This document shows positions 19,667-28,058 of a stretch of 64,000 bases of DNA, piece by piece (the stretch's first letter is position 1; every line of letters begins with the position of its first letter). The notes beneath the pieces are model-generated. The model saw only the letters and a list, made by a program, of their open reading frames with translations, ran no database searches and was not told the origin of the DNA. Origin of the DNA: an uncultured Eubacteriales bacterium (GTDB lineage Bacteria > Acidobacteriota > Aminicenantia > Aminicenantales > UBA4085); contig CAZIDN010000009.1 of NCBI GenBank assembly GCA_964537875.1, positions 3,043-67,042 of the forward strand, written 5' to 3'. The position numbers and the translations under genes were made by a program.

Positions 19667-20746
19667 ATGAGCAGAGTCAAGACTACTCGGGCTAGCTGGC
19701 TGTTCGGACTGCTGGCCATTTTTTGTTTAGGCAAGGCACCGTCCGGCCTCGAACCTCAAAAGCCCGCAGACCTCGGCCCGTTTTTTGCCAAGAGAGAAGT
19801 GACGATTGCCGTCACGGATTCCGGCCTGGGAGGGCTCTCGATCATGGCCGAGGCGGCCGCCCGGCTTAAGGAAGCCAAAATCTTCGAGAAAGCGGACTTC
19901 GTCTTTTTCAACGCTCTCTTCTCGAATGAAAGCGGATATAACAGTCTGAAGACGCGCGCCGAAAAAATCGCTGTCTTCAACAGCGCCCTCGACAGCCTCG
20001 AAAAAAATTATCGGCCGGACCTCATTCTCATCGGCTGCAACACCCTTTCGGTCCTCTACCCAGAAACTTTTTTTTCCACAAGGACCAAGATCCCTGTTGT
20101 CGGCATCGTCGACGCCGGGGTCGCCATGTCCCTGAAAGCGCTGCTGACGAATCCCGCCGCCTCCTTGATTCTCTTCGGCACGGAAACGACCATCGGCGAG
20201 GGAGAGCATAAAAGGAAGCTGATGGAAGCCGGTATTCCAGAAAAAAGAATCATCGCCCAAGCTTGCCCTGAGCTGGCCGGTTATATCGAAAACGGATACC
20301 AGAGCGATGAAACGGGCCTGCTCATCGAATCGGCTGTCGAGGAGGCCTTGGCCAAGCTGACCGATCCCAAAGTTCCCATCTACGCGGGCCTGGTCTGCAC
20401 CCATTACGGATATTCCCTGAGCCTATGGAATAAGGCCTTTGAGGAACGCGGCCAAAAGCTCTTGGGCCTCTTGAACCCGAATTCTCAAATGTTGGATTTC
20501 CTGTTCAAGACAGGAGATAAGAATCGAGCTCGGACGACGGGAATATCGGCACGGGTTGTCTCCATGGTTGAGATCGCCGAGACCAAAAGAAAATCGCTGG
20601 CAGGATGGCTGAACAAGGTTTCTCCCGAAGTGGCCTCTGCGCTGACAAAATACGAGCTCAAACCTAACCTTTTTAAGTGGCAGGACCCGCGCCGCGGTTC
20701 TAAACGAATGTCACTTCGGGCTTGCCCCGGACAAGCTCGCCGATAA
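19667..20746 (+). CDS. Asp/Glu racemase family protein (MurI-like) with N-terminal signal peptide
   Basis: DSGLGGLS, GCNT and CTHY (both catalytic Cys). Hydrophobic N-terminal leader WLFGLLAIFCLG. Confidence 0.85.
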   Translation: MSRVKTTRASWLFGLLAIFCLGKAPSGLEPQKPADLGPFFAKREVTIAVTDSGLGGLSIMAEAAARLKEAKIFEKADFVFFNALFSNESGYNSLKTRAEKIAVFNSALDSLEKNYRPDLILIGCNTLSVLYPETFFSTRTKIPVVGIVDAGVAMSLKALLTNPAASLILFGTETTIGEGEHKRKLMEAGIPEKRIIAQACPELAGYIENGYQSDETGLLIESAVEEALAKLTDPKVPIYAGLVCTHYGYSLSLWNKAFEERGQKLLGLLNPNSQMLDFLFKTGDKNRARTTGISARVVSMVEIAETKRKSLAGWLNKVSPEVASALTKYELKPNLFKWQDPRRGSKRMSLRACPGQARR

Positions 20747-20804
20747 GAAAGGCCTTCTGGCCTGATCGATTGAAGAGCCGGACCGTTATTTTTCGCCGAT
20801 TTTT

Positions 20805-20833
20805 TGTAACCTTTTCTCAAAAACGAAGTCTTT
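20805..20833 (+). promoter_or_regulatory. Putative ECF-sigma autoregulatory promoter
   Basis: TGTAAC-N17-GTCT about 65 bp upstream of the ECF sigma gene, matching the general ECF AAC...GTC pattern. Confidence 0.4.
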
Positions 20834-20895
20834 ACTAATGAATATCCGATGAAAAACATGGTTTTTTCGGGCGAATTCCCAGGCAGGAGCACCCG

Positions 20896-21453
20896 GTGAC
20901 GGACAACCTGCTGATGGAAGACGTCCGGGACGGCAAGGTCGAGAAACTGGCCATCCTGTTTGAGAGGCACCACGTGGCTTTATTCAATTATTTTCTGAGG
21001 CTTACGGGCAACCGTCCGGTCAGCGAAGACCTGGTCCAGGAGGTCTTCACCCGGATCCTTAAATACCGCACGACCTACCGCGGAGAGGATCGATTCGCCG
21101 TTTGGATGTATAAAATCGGCCGAAACGCCCATATCGATTTCCTGCGTCGCCAGAAAGAGACTGTGCCCCTCGAAGACCAATTCGATGAAGCCCAAAGCGC
21201 CGACCTCATCCCCGAGGAGAGGGTGGAAAGGCAACAGGAAGCCGCTCTTATCTCCAGGGCTCTCAAGAGACTCTCCCCCAGGAAGCAGGAGGTTATCCTG
21301 CTCAGCCGCTTCCAGAACCTGAAGTACCGGGAGATCGCCGAACTGATGGAATGCCCCGTGGGCACCGTCAAAGGCATGGTCCATCGGGCCGTCCAGGAAT
21401 TGGGCGATATCTATAAACAACTTTCCAGGGAGGCATGCCGCCATGAAATGTGA
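20896..21453 (+). CDS. ECF RNA polymerase sigma-70 factor
   Basis: SEDLVQEVF region 2, FAVWMYKIGRNAHIDF, and region 4 LKYREIAELMECPVGTVK. GTG start with AGGAG RBS. Confidence 0.95.
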   Translation: MTDNLLMEDVRDGKVEKLAILFERHHVALFNYFLRLTGNRPVSEDLVQEVFTRILKYRTTYRGEDRFAVWMYKIGRNAHIDFLRRQKETVPLEDQFDEAQSADLIPEERVERQQEAALISRALKRLSPRKQEVILLSRFQNLKYREIAELMECPVGTVKGMVHRAVQELGDIYKQLSREACRHEM

Positions 21454-22252
21454 AGACATTAAGGAACGGATGCCGGATTTTCTGACCGGCGATTTGGATA
21501 ATAAGGCAAAGTCGGAATTCGATGCTCATATCGCCCGCTGCTCCGCCTGCGGCGAAGAGCTGCGGCAGCTGAGCGAGATCTGGACCAAACTGGGGGTTCT
21601 CCCCATGGAACAGCCTTCACCCGCTCTCCGCAACCGCTTTTACACCATGCTCGAAGCTTACAAGGAAGGTTTCGAAGCGGAAAAGGCCGCGGCTGTGCCG
21701 AAAAAGAAATTGTCCTTCTCATTCGGCCGAATCTGGCCCCGCCGGCCCGCTTTTCAATTTGCCGCCGCCCTCGTCTTTGTCGTCCTCGGGATTACGGCCG
21801 GCTATCTCCTCAGGAACCCGCAGGCCCAGTTGTCCCGGCTCCACCAGGAAGTCGATGGCATGCGCCAGATGGTGGCCGTCTCTCTTTTGCAGCAGCCTTC
21901 ATCCTCGGACCGGATCCAGGGCGCGAGCTTCAGCTCTCAGGTCAAAGCCCCGACTGCGAAAACGCTCGACGCACTTCTCCAAACCCTGGATCATGACCCA
22001 AATGTCAATGTCCGGCTGGCCGCCGTCGACGCGCTCTACCTCTTTTCTTCTTATCCCGCCGTGAAAGACAGAATCGTCCAGTCGCTGACGAAGCAGGAGT
22101 CGCCGCTGGTGCAAGTCGCTCTGATCGATCTCCTAGTTGGCATCCGCGAGCAGCGCGCCGTCGGGGCCTTCAAAGCGCTCATCCAGAGTGAGAAGCTCAA
22201 CCCCGACGTCAAGGAAAAAGCCAAACTCGGCATCCAGCAGCTCAGTTTTTAG
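21443..22252 (+). CDS. Anti-sigma factor (zf-HC2, transmembrane helix, HEAT-repeat domain)
   Basis: C...HIARCSAC zinc motif, a single TM helix, and DPNVNVRLAAVDAL / PLVQVALIDLL HEAT-like repeats. Confidence 0.9.
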   Translation: MKCEDIKERMPDFLTGDLDNKAKSEFDAHIARCSACGEELRQLSEIWTKLGVLPMEQPSPALRNRFYTMLEAYKEGFEAEKAAAVPKKKLSFSFGRIWPRRPAFQFAAALVFVVLGITAGYLLRNPQAQLSRLHQEVDGMRQMVAVSLLQQPSSSDRIQGASFSSQVKAPTAKTLDALLQTLDHDPNVNVRLAAVDALYLFSSYPAVKDRIVQSLTKQESPLVQVALIDLLVGIREQRAVGAFKALIQSEKLNPDVKEKAKLGIQQLSF

Positions 22253-22261
22253 GAGATGATC

Positions 22262-22432
22262 ATGAAGAGACATATCGTTCCGGTCCTCATCATCATTATG
22301 CTGGCGGCTCTGGGATTCTCAGAATCCGCCTATAAGTTCGACCGCTTCACACAGGTCCGCATCGGAAAAGGCGGGCCGGCCATTGCTTGCGATACGCTGA
22401 ACGGCGATATTTTGATAAAGAAAAGCCATTAA
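22262..22432 (+). CDS. 56-aa secreted mini-protein: signal peptide plus DUF4097-like C-terminal strand (likely internally deleted paralog)
   Basis: Manually translated as MKRHIVPVLIIIMLAALGFSESAYKFDRFTQVRIGKGGPAIACDTLNGDILIKKSH. AGGAG RBS. The end aligns with the next gene's GTINGGGAEFKLQNFSGDIYLRKK. Confidence 0.6.
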   Translation: MKRHIVPVLIIIMLAALGFSESAYKFDRFTQVRIGKGGPAIACDTLNGDILIKKSH

Positions 22433-22442
22433 GGAGGCAACC

Positions 22443-23366
22443 ATGAAAAAACGGATACTTTTTGGGATCGTGATCCTGCTCGCGGCGGGGATCGGGGCGT
22501 ATGCCCAACAGGCCAAGACGGACCGGGTGACCGTTCCTTTGACCAACCCGGGAAAGCCGGGGATCGTGGAGGTCAGTCTGATGATGGGCAGCATCAAGGT
22601 CGTCGGCTACGAGGGCAAAGAGATCATCGTCGAAGCCACGCCCCGGGATAAAAACATCAAGGACACTGAAAAAACGACCGGATTTGTGATCGCCGTTCCG
22701 GTCGCGCCCAGCCCCCCCCGTCCCGCGTATTATATCGGCCCCAAAGACAAGGACAAGGAAAAGGAGCAAAAGGACAAAGCGGCCGGCATGAAACGCATTC
22801 CCATCGAAAACACCGGCCTGACTATCGAAGAAGATAATAACACGGTGACGATCGAGGTCGAGTCCTGGAGGCGGGCGGTCGACCTGAGCATCCGGGTTCC
22901 CTACGCCAGCTCGCTCAAGCTGGAAGGCACCAATCTCGGAGAAATATCCGTGGAGAATGTGAACGGGGAAATCGAAGTCGAAAACATGAACGGCGAAGTC
23001 AAGCTGGCCAATGTGGGAGGGACCGTCGTTGCCAACTCGACAAACGGCTCCATCAACGTGGTACTAAACAAAGTGACTCCCGACAAACCCATGTCCTTTG
23101 CCACATTCCACGGCGATATCGATATCACCCTGCCGGCCGATATCAAGGCCACTCTCAAAATCAAGTCCACTCAGGGCGAGGTGTTCAGCGATTTTGATAT
23201 CGCCCTCAAATCCGTTCCCGTAAAACCCGAGGAAACCGCCACGAAAGAGGGAGGAAAGTACAGGATCGAGCTCGACCGGTCGGTCTACGGCACGATCAAC
23301 GGCGGCGGTGCGGAGTTCAAGCTCCAGAATTTCAGCGGCGACATCTATCTCCGGAAGAAGAAGTAA
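22443..23366 (+). CDS. DUF4097 family beta-strand repeat (adhesin-like) protein
   Basis: Signal peptide; repeated NGEIEVENMNGEVK / NSTNGSI / TFHGDI motifs; located in an ECF operon. Confidence 0.88.
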   Translation: MKKRILFGIVILLAAGIGAYAQQAKTDRVTVPLTNPGKPGIVEVSLMMGSIKVVGYEGKEIIVEATPRDKNIKDTEKTTGFVIAVPVAPSPPRPAYYIGPKDKDKEKEQKDKAAGMKRIPIENTGLTIEEDNNTVTIEVESWRRAVDLSIRVPYASSLKLEGTNLGEISVENVNGEIEVENMNGEVKLANVGGTVVANSTNGSINVVLNKVTPDKPMSFATFHGDIDITLPADIKATLKIKSTQGEVFSDFDIALKSVPVKPEETATKEGGKYRIELDRSVYGTINGGGAEFKLQNFSGDIYLRKKK

Positions 23367-23378
23367 GCGAAAAGATAC

Positions 23379-23418
23379 GGGGACAGGTACTTAGTGCGGG
23401 AATGAGGTACCTGTCCCC
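23379..23418. repeat. REP-like palindrome GGGGACAGGTAC...GTACCTGTCCCC (possible terminator)
   Basis: Perfect 12-bp inverted repeat followed by a T-run, directly after the DUF4097 stop. Confidence 0.7.
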
Positions 23419-23429
23419 TTTTTTTATCA

Positions 23430-23561
23430 TGTCATCGCGAGGAGCGGAGCGACGTGGCGATCTGACACGGAGTGTCATTCCGAGCGAAGTGAGGAATTCC
23501 CGCTTTTACTGCGAGAGACCTAAGCGGGGATTGCCGCGGCGCTGCGCGCCTCGCAATGACA
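23430..23561. repeat. GTCATTGCGAG-type palindromic element (RPE-like) with a nested GTCATTCCGAGCGAAG fragment
   Basis: TGTCATCGCGAGG...CCTCGCAATGACA termini (12/13 IR) with internal GCGACGTGGCGATC and GGATTGCCGCG, resembling the widespread GTCATTGCGAGG palindromic repeats. Confidence 0.7.
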
Positions 23562-23575
23562 CGATAAAATATTTC

Positions 23576-26518
23576 CTATTCTCTTATGACAACCGTGTGC
23601 AGGCCGAAGGCTTTGATGGGGACGTAGATCGAATCTCTCAGCACGGTGTAGGTATTCGCGGGGCCCTCTCCGATGTCCGTCACGATGAACGTGACTTTTT
23701 CGGATCGAAGCAGAGGGCTTGAGATTTTCACTTCGGTGTCCAAACCCGCGACCTCTCTCAGCCTGACGACGATCCCCTGTCCGTCCTCGGCCGGTTTGAC
23801 GGCCTGGATCAGGACGTTGGGTTTGTCTACGGCGAAGAAGCTCAGCGCCGTAGCCGGAAGGGGGCCGGCGTTTTTTTCTGAGAGCCAGGATGCCATGAGC
23901 GGCGTATGGACTTCCCAGCCGAACCGCGTCGATTTTGAGCTGTCCGCCCCGCCTGTCCGGCTGGCCAAGGAATACCGGAAGACAAACGTGCCGCCCTGGC
24001 CGGCTTTGAAATTCGTGTGCCAATAGTTGTTCATGGCATAGGAAAACAATCGCGTGTTCGTCAAATCGAGCTTCCCCAGCCATTTTCCGGTGTTGATGTC
24101 GCAAAATTGGACCAGCGGCGCCTCGACCGGCGACCAGACGATGCTCTGTTTCGCCCCGGCGATCTCCACCCAGCTCTGGACCGTCTGCCAGTCGCGGGTC
24201 GTTCCCGGGAGCTGATCCGTCTCGGGCGCCATCTCAGCGTCGGCGATCTCGAACTTGAATTTCCCGTCCGCCAGCCCGAAGGGAAAGGCGAAATAGACGG
24301 CCTCGGACTCGTACGTTTCCTCTTTCTTGAGAGTGTTGATGAGGTCGATGCGCTTGAGGTCCTCGTAGAGAATGATCTCGGATTTAATTTCAGGGCATTG
24401 TCTGGCCTTTGTCTGAACAATGAGGCTAGAGGCTGCGGCGCCCTTCATCCCCGGCGCCACGGTCGCCGAAACAGGGCTGTAGCGCTTGAACTCCGGCCTT
24501 TTTTTCATATTATTTACGGCATTGCGCCCGCCTTCAGGGTTCTCGTAGATATATTGATTTAGGCTGTAAGGCGCCTTCTGATCGATCAATTCTTGGCCGT
24601 TTTCTTTGTCTATGATGCTGGACAAACCACCGCTCTTTGGGTCTACCGTGATCTTATAATAACGGTTCTCTATGGAGTTTTCCTGGATGCGCGCCGTGGG
24701 CTGCCCAACCGCCGGCGTCCTGTCCGGGACGATCGAGAAGGCGGCATATCCGATGGACGGGACGTTCTGCGCCAGAAAAACCAGCGTATTTTGATCCAGG
24801 AGCTGGAAGCCGACTTCACCGCCCGTCCGTTTATCGATGAGAGCGAAATTCCCTTTTTTATCGCGCAGCGGCGGCGGGAGCGCAATCATCACGACATCGC
24901 TTCGCTCCCAGGATAAGGGATTAAAGACGGCGAATGCGTATTTTTCGGCCGCGGCAATATTTTGGCTGAGGGCCTGCATGCTCCTGCTCGTGACCGTCCT
25001 GGCGATCTCCCTGGCCGTGTAGGCAAAGCCCGATTTGATCGTCCACTGGCTGCGGGCAAATTCAGATTCAGGGTCGCTGATCGAGTTCCAGGCGCCCCAA
25101 GTGTGCTCGTCGTAAAGCATCGTGTTCGTGTAACCCTCGCTGATCTCGCTCTGGGGGTAGTTGAAATCTTTGTTCATGAGGCTCGCCACGAAAGCCCATT
25201 TTTCAGCGGAGAGGAGCTCATTATGGGCCTGACGATTGATACCCGTCTCGAAAGAGGTTGAAGCCACGCCGTCGGTCCAGAAATCCGGCCAGCCGAGCTT
25301 GTAAGTGGGGATCTCGTTGGCATATTTCTTCTCGAAGGCCGTGAAGAACTCCCCCATCGTGGCCAGCCTCATCTTCGGATAGGCCCAGCGATTGTTCCAC
25401 TCCCGGACCCTGTCCGAGAGCTCCTGTTTTGGCGGGCAGTTGTCCGTGACACAGCCGCTGATGTGAAAGGCGATCGTGTCATACGGATAATCGCCGCGCG
25501 CCTCGAGCTTGCCAAGATAATCCATGACCTTTGGAAAGCTCTTTTCGTAGCCTTCGTGGATCAGAAGCCCGTAGTTGGCGAATAGATAGTGTTCGCCGTT
25601 CCAGTGGAGAATCCTGCTGCCTTCGGGAGACTGCCAGTAAAAAGGATTAGGGCGGCGGAGCGGCGCCCGCGACCTGTCCTCGTTAATGCCGGTCGTGAAA
25701 TATCTGACCCAGATCTGGCTGAGGATTTGGGGCACGGCCCAGCTGAATCCCGTGACGTCATTGTTCATGGCGCTCTGGAGCGGAAAGCCGTATGTCCGGC
25801 TGAGTTCTTTGGCATAAAGAACGGCCCGGATAAGCTCCTCGTGGGAAAAAAGGTCCGATTGATTAAGATACCATGCCGAAAGCTCGACACGACCACTTTT
25901 GAGAAGTCCGATGAGTTCCTGGACTTTCGCCTCAGGCCGGCTCTTGATGTAGTTCTGAAGGCTCCAGGAGACCTCGATGTTCCAGCGGAACTTTGCCTCA
26001 TCGGGATAATCGTTCGTAGCCTTGCAGAAATCGATCACGGAATCCAGGTAATCCATATGGTTCTTGGCCACCCGCGTTTGGAGGTCGGTGTAGCCGATGT
26101 CGGTATGCGAATGAGGCAGCAGGTAGAGCGTCCATTTTTTCCCGGGCTGGAGTTGGACTTCGTGTTTGATCATCTCCTTCCCGAGTTTCAAGGTGAAGGA
26201 GGCCTTAGCAGGTTTCTGAAGGTCGGGGACAAAAACAGAATAGACGTTTTTGCCGGCCGCGATTTTTTCCAGCGGCATGCTGAACGTGACCTGGGGCGTC
26301 TTGACCAGAAGCTCGCCGGAAGTCTCCGGCCCGGAGTTATCGATCTCGACATCCAGCCGCTGCTTGAGGATTCTGTTTTCTTCGACGAAAAGGATGGTCG
26401 GCTTGACATCGATTTTTATCGGAGCCGCCGCCTGAGCGGCCTGGCCGGCTTGACAGAAAAATCCAAACCCCAAAAATACAATCGCAATGAGATAAGCTCG
26501 TCGCTTTTGAAAAGACAT
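23576..26518 (-). CDS. Glycoside hydrolase family 38-related (alpha-mannosidase-like), secreted
   Basis: Signal peptide; LYLLPHSHTDIGY, FRWNIE, NPFYWQSPEGSRIL, YDEHTWG, AVFNPLSWERS and C-terminal VKPAEDG...LRE motifs. Confidence 0.85.
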   Translation of the reverse strand: MSFQKRRAYLIAIVFLGFGFFCQAGQAAQAAAPIKIDVKPTILFVEENRILKQRLDVEIDNSGPETSGELLVKTPQVTFSMPLEKIAAGKNVYSVFVPDLQKPAKASFTLKLGKEMIKHEVQLQPGKKWTLYLLPHSHTDIGYTDLQTRVAKNHMDYLDSVIDFCKATNDYPDEAKFRWNIEVSWSLQNYIKSRPEAKVQELIGLLKSGRVELSAWYLNQSDLFSHEELIRAVLYAKELSRTYGFPLQSAMNNDVTGFSWAVPQILSQIWVRYFTTGINEDRSRAPLRRPNPFYWQSPEGSRILHWNGEHYLFANYGLLIHEGYEKSFPKVMDYLGKLEARGDYPYDTIAFHISGCVTDNCPPKQELSDRVREWNNRWAYPKMRLATMGEFFTAFEKKYANEIPTYKLGWPDFWTDGVASTSFETGINRQAHNELLSAEKWAFVASLMNKDFNYPQSEISEGYTNTMLYDEHTWGAWNSISDPESEFARSQWTIKSGFAYTAREIARTVTSRSMQALSQNIAAAEKYAFAVFNPLSWERSDVVMIALPPPLRDKKGNFALIDKRTGGEVGFQLLDQNTLVFLAQNVPSIGYAAFSIVPDRTPAVGQPTARIQENSIENRYYKITVDPKSGGLSSIIDKENGQELIDQKAPYSLNQYIYENPEGGRNAVNNMKKRPEFKRYSPVSATVAPGMKGAAASSLIVQTKARQCPEIKSEIILYEDLKRIDLINTLKKEETYESEAVYFAFPFGLADGKFKFEIADAEMAPETDQLPGTTRDWQTVQSWVEIAGAKQSIVWSPVEAPLVQFCDINTGKWLGKLDLTNTRLFSYAMNNYWHTNFKAGQGGTFVFRYSLASRTGGADSSKSTRFGWEVHTPLMASWLSEKNAGPLPATALSFFAVDKPNVLIQAVKPAEDGQGIVVRLREVAGLDTEVKISSPLLRSEKVTFIVTDIGEGPANTYTVLRDSIYVPIKAFGLHTVVIRE

Positions 26519-26605
26519 CTCTTCCCTCCTTCCAGGACTCAGGGCTTAAATATATCGTTTTAGAGGGTCCAAATCAAATGGAGAGGAGCCCGATGGGGCC
26601 CCCAA

Positions 26606-26668
26606 GGTTCTCTTCCATTTCATATGGGAAGGAAAGGGAAACGGTCCGGGGACGGCTGAAGCGACCAT
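26606..26668. repeat. Partial copy of the element at 63814-63990
   Basis: 57/63 identity to the reverse complement of 63921-63983. Confidence 0.75.
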
Positions 26669-26802
26669 CGACCTTTTTATTCCCCCCTAATTGCCTAGGG
26701 GGGTAGGGGGATTAGAAAGTTAAATTTCCGGCCGGCGAAGTTGTCTGAGCTTCCCGGCGAACGTCCGTAAAATCGAGGCCGGGAAGCGAGTTCTAACCCC
26801 GC

Positions 26803-27912
26803 TTATTTTTTAAAGGTTTCGTGCCGGATCGTCGCCTTCCGGATCCTGGCTTCGACCGGGTTCACGCCGATCCCCGGCCCCTCCGGCACCTTAATAAACC
26901 CGCCCTTTTCGAGCACGATCTCCGGGTCGATCAGGTCCTGCTTGTAATACCGGTTGCTGGCCGACAGGTCGTTCGGGAACTTGAAATTCGGAAGCGAGGC
27001 TATATGTAGGTTGTGGGCGCGGCCAATCCCCGACTCGAGCATCCCGCCGCACCAGACCGGGATGCCGTTGGCCTGGCAGAAGTCATGGATCTTTTTGGCC
27101 TCGACCATGCCGCCGACGCGGCCGACTTTGATGTTGATGATCCCGCAGCTGCCCATCTCGAAGGCCTGGCGGGCCGTCGTTTCAGACAGGATGCTTTCAT
27201 CCAGGCACAGCGGCGTCCTCATCTCTTTCTGCAGCCGGCTGTGATCCCAGAGGTCGTAGGGAGGGAACGGCTGCTCCACCATCAGCAGGCCGAACGCGTC
27301 CAGCTTCTTGAGATGCTCCTTATCGGCAAGGATATAAGCGCCGTTGGCATCCACCTGGAGGGGCAGGTCGGGAAATTTTTTCCGGACGGCTTTGCAGGCT
27401 TCGACATCCCAGCCCGGCTTGATCTTGATCTTGATCCTCTGGTAGCCCTCGTCGAAGTAGGCACCGATGCGGTCGAGGAGCTCGGGAATGGAGTCTTCGA
27501 TGCCGCAGCTCACGCCGGCCGGGATTCTGTTCTGCACGCCGCCGTAGATCCTCCAAAGGGGTACGCTGGCCTGCTTGGCCTTGAGGTCCCAAAGGGCGAG
27601 CTCCAGCCCGGCCTTGGCCATGAGATGGCCGCGGAACCTTTTGGCGTGCTTATAAAATTCTTCCGGCCTGGACAGGGATTTTTCGAACACGAGCGGGATC
27701 AGGAACTCCTTGAGGACATACCAGGCCGTCGTCGTGGTCTCGGAGCTGTAGAGCGGCGCCCCAGAAGCCACGACCTCGCCGTAGCCGCAACCCCCCGCGG
27801 CGTAGACCTTGACGATGATAAACGTCCGGTCATATTCGCGGCCGAAGCTCGTCTCAAAAAAATGGACGTAGGGGAGTTTGAGAAGGGCCAGATCGATGCG
27901 TTCGATATTCAT
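26803..27912 (-). CDS. menC: o-succinylbenzoate synthase / N-acylamino acid racemase (enolase superfamily)
   Basis: FETSFG, KIKIKPG, VDANGAY, EQP, CLDES, NIKVGRVGG and WCGGMLES, matching the OSBS/NAAAR subfamily. Confidence 0.88.
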   Translation of the reverse strand: MNIERIDLALLKLPYVHFFETSFGREYDRTFIIVKVYAAGGCGYGEVVASGAPLYSSETTTTAWYVLKEFLIPLVFEKSLSRPEEFYKHAKRFRGHLMAKAGLELALWDLKAKQASVPLWRIYGGVQNRIPAGVSCGIEDSIPELLDRIGAYFDEGYQRIKIKIKPGWDVEACKAVRKKFPDLPLQVDANGAYILADKEHLKKLDAFGLLMVEQPFPPYDLWDHSRLQKEMRTPLCLDESILSETTARQAFEMGSCGIINIKVGRVGGMVEAKKIHDFCQANGIPVWCGGMLESGIGRAHNLHIASLPNFKFPNDLSASNRYYKQDLIDPEIVLEKGGFIKVPEGPGIGVNPVEARIRKATIRHETFKK

Positions 27913-28058
27913 GGCACGGTCCTTTCCGGCCTCTTTATTATACCCGACTGTCTTTCCGGAGCGAACCCCCCAAAAAAAATTTTGACGAGCGCCCTCCCTT
28001 TTTAGTATAAATCTTTTTTAATCTTTAAAACTCTTTTTTTATAAAGGAGCCGGTACTC

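Noticed and set aside
26803-27912. A menaquinone biosynthesis operon
   Set aside because: No other men genes lie nearby, and the motifs fit the bifunctional OSBS/NAAAR subfamily equally well.
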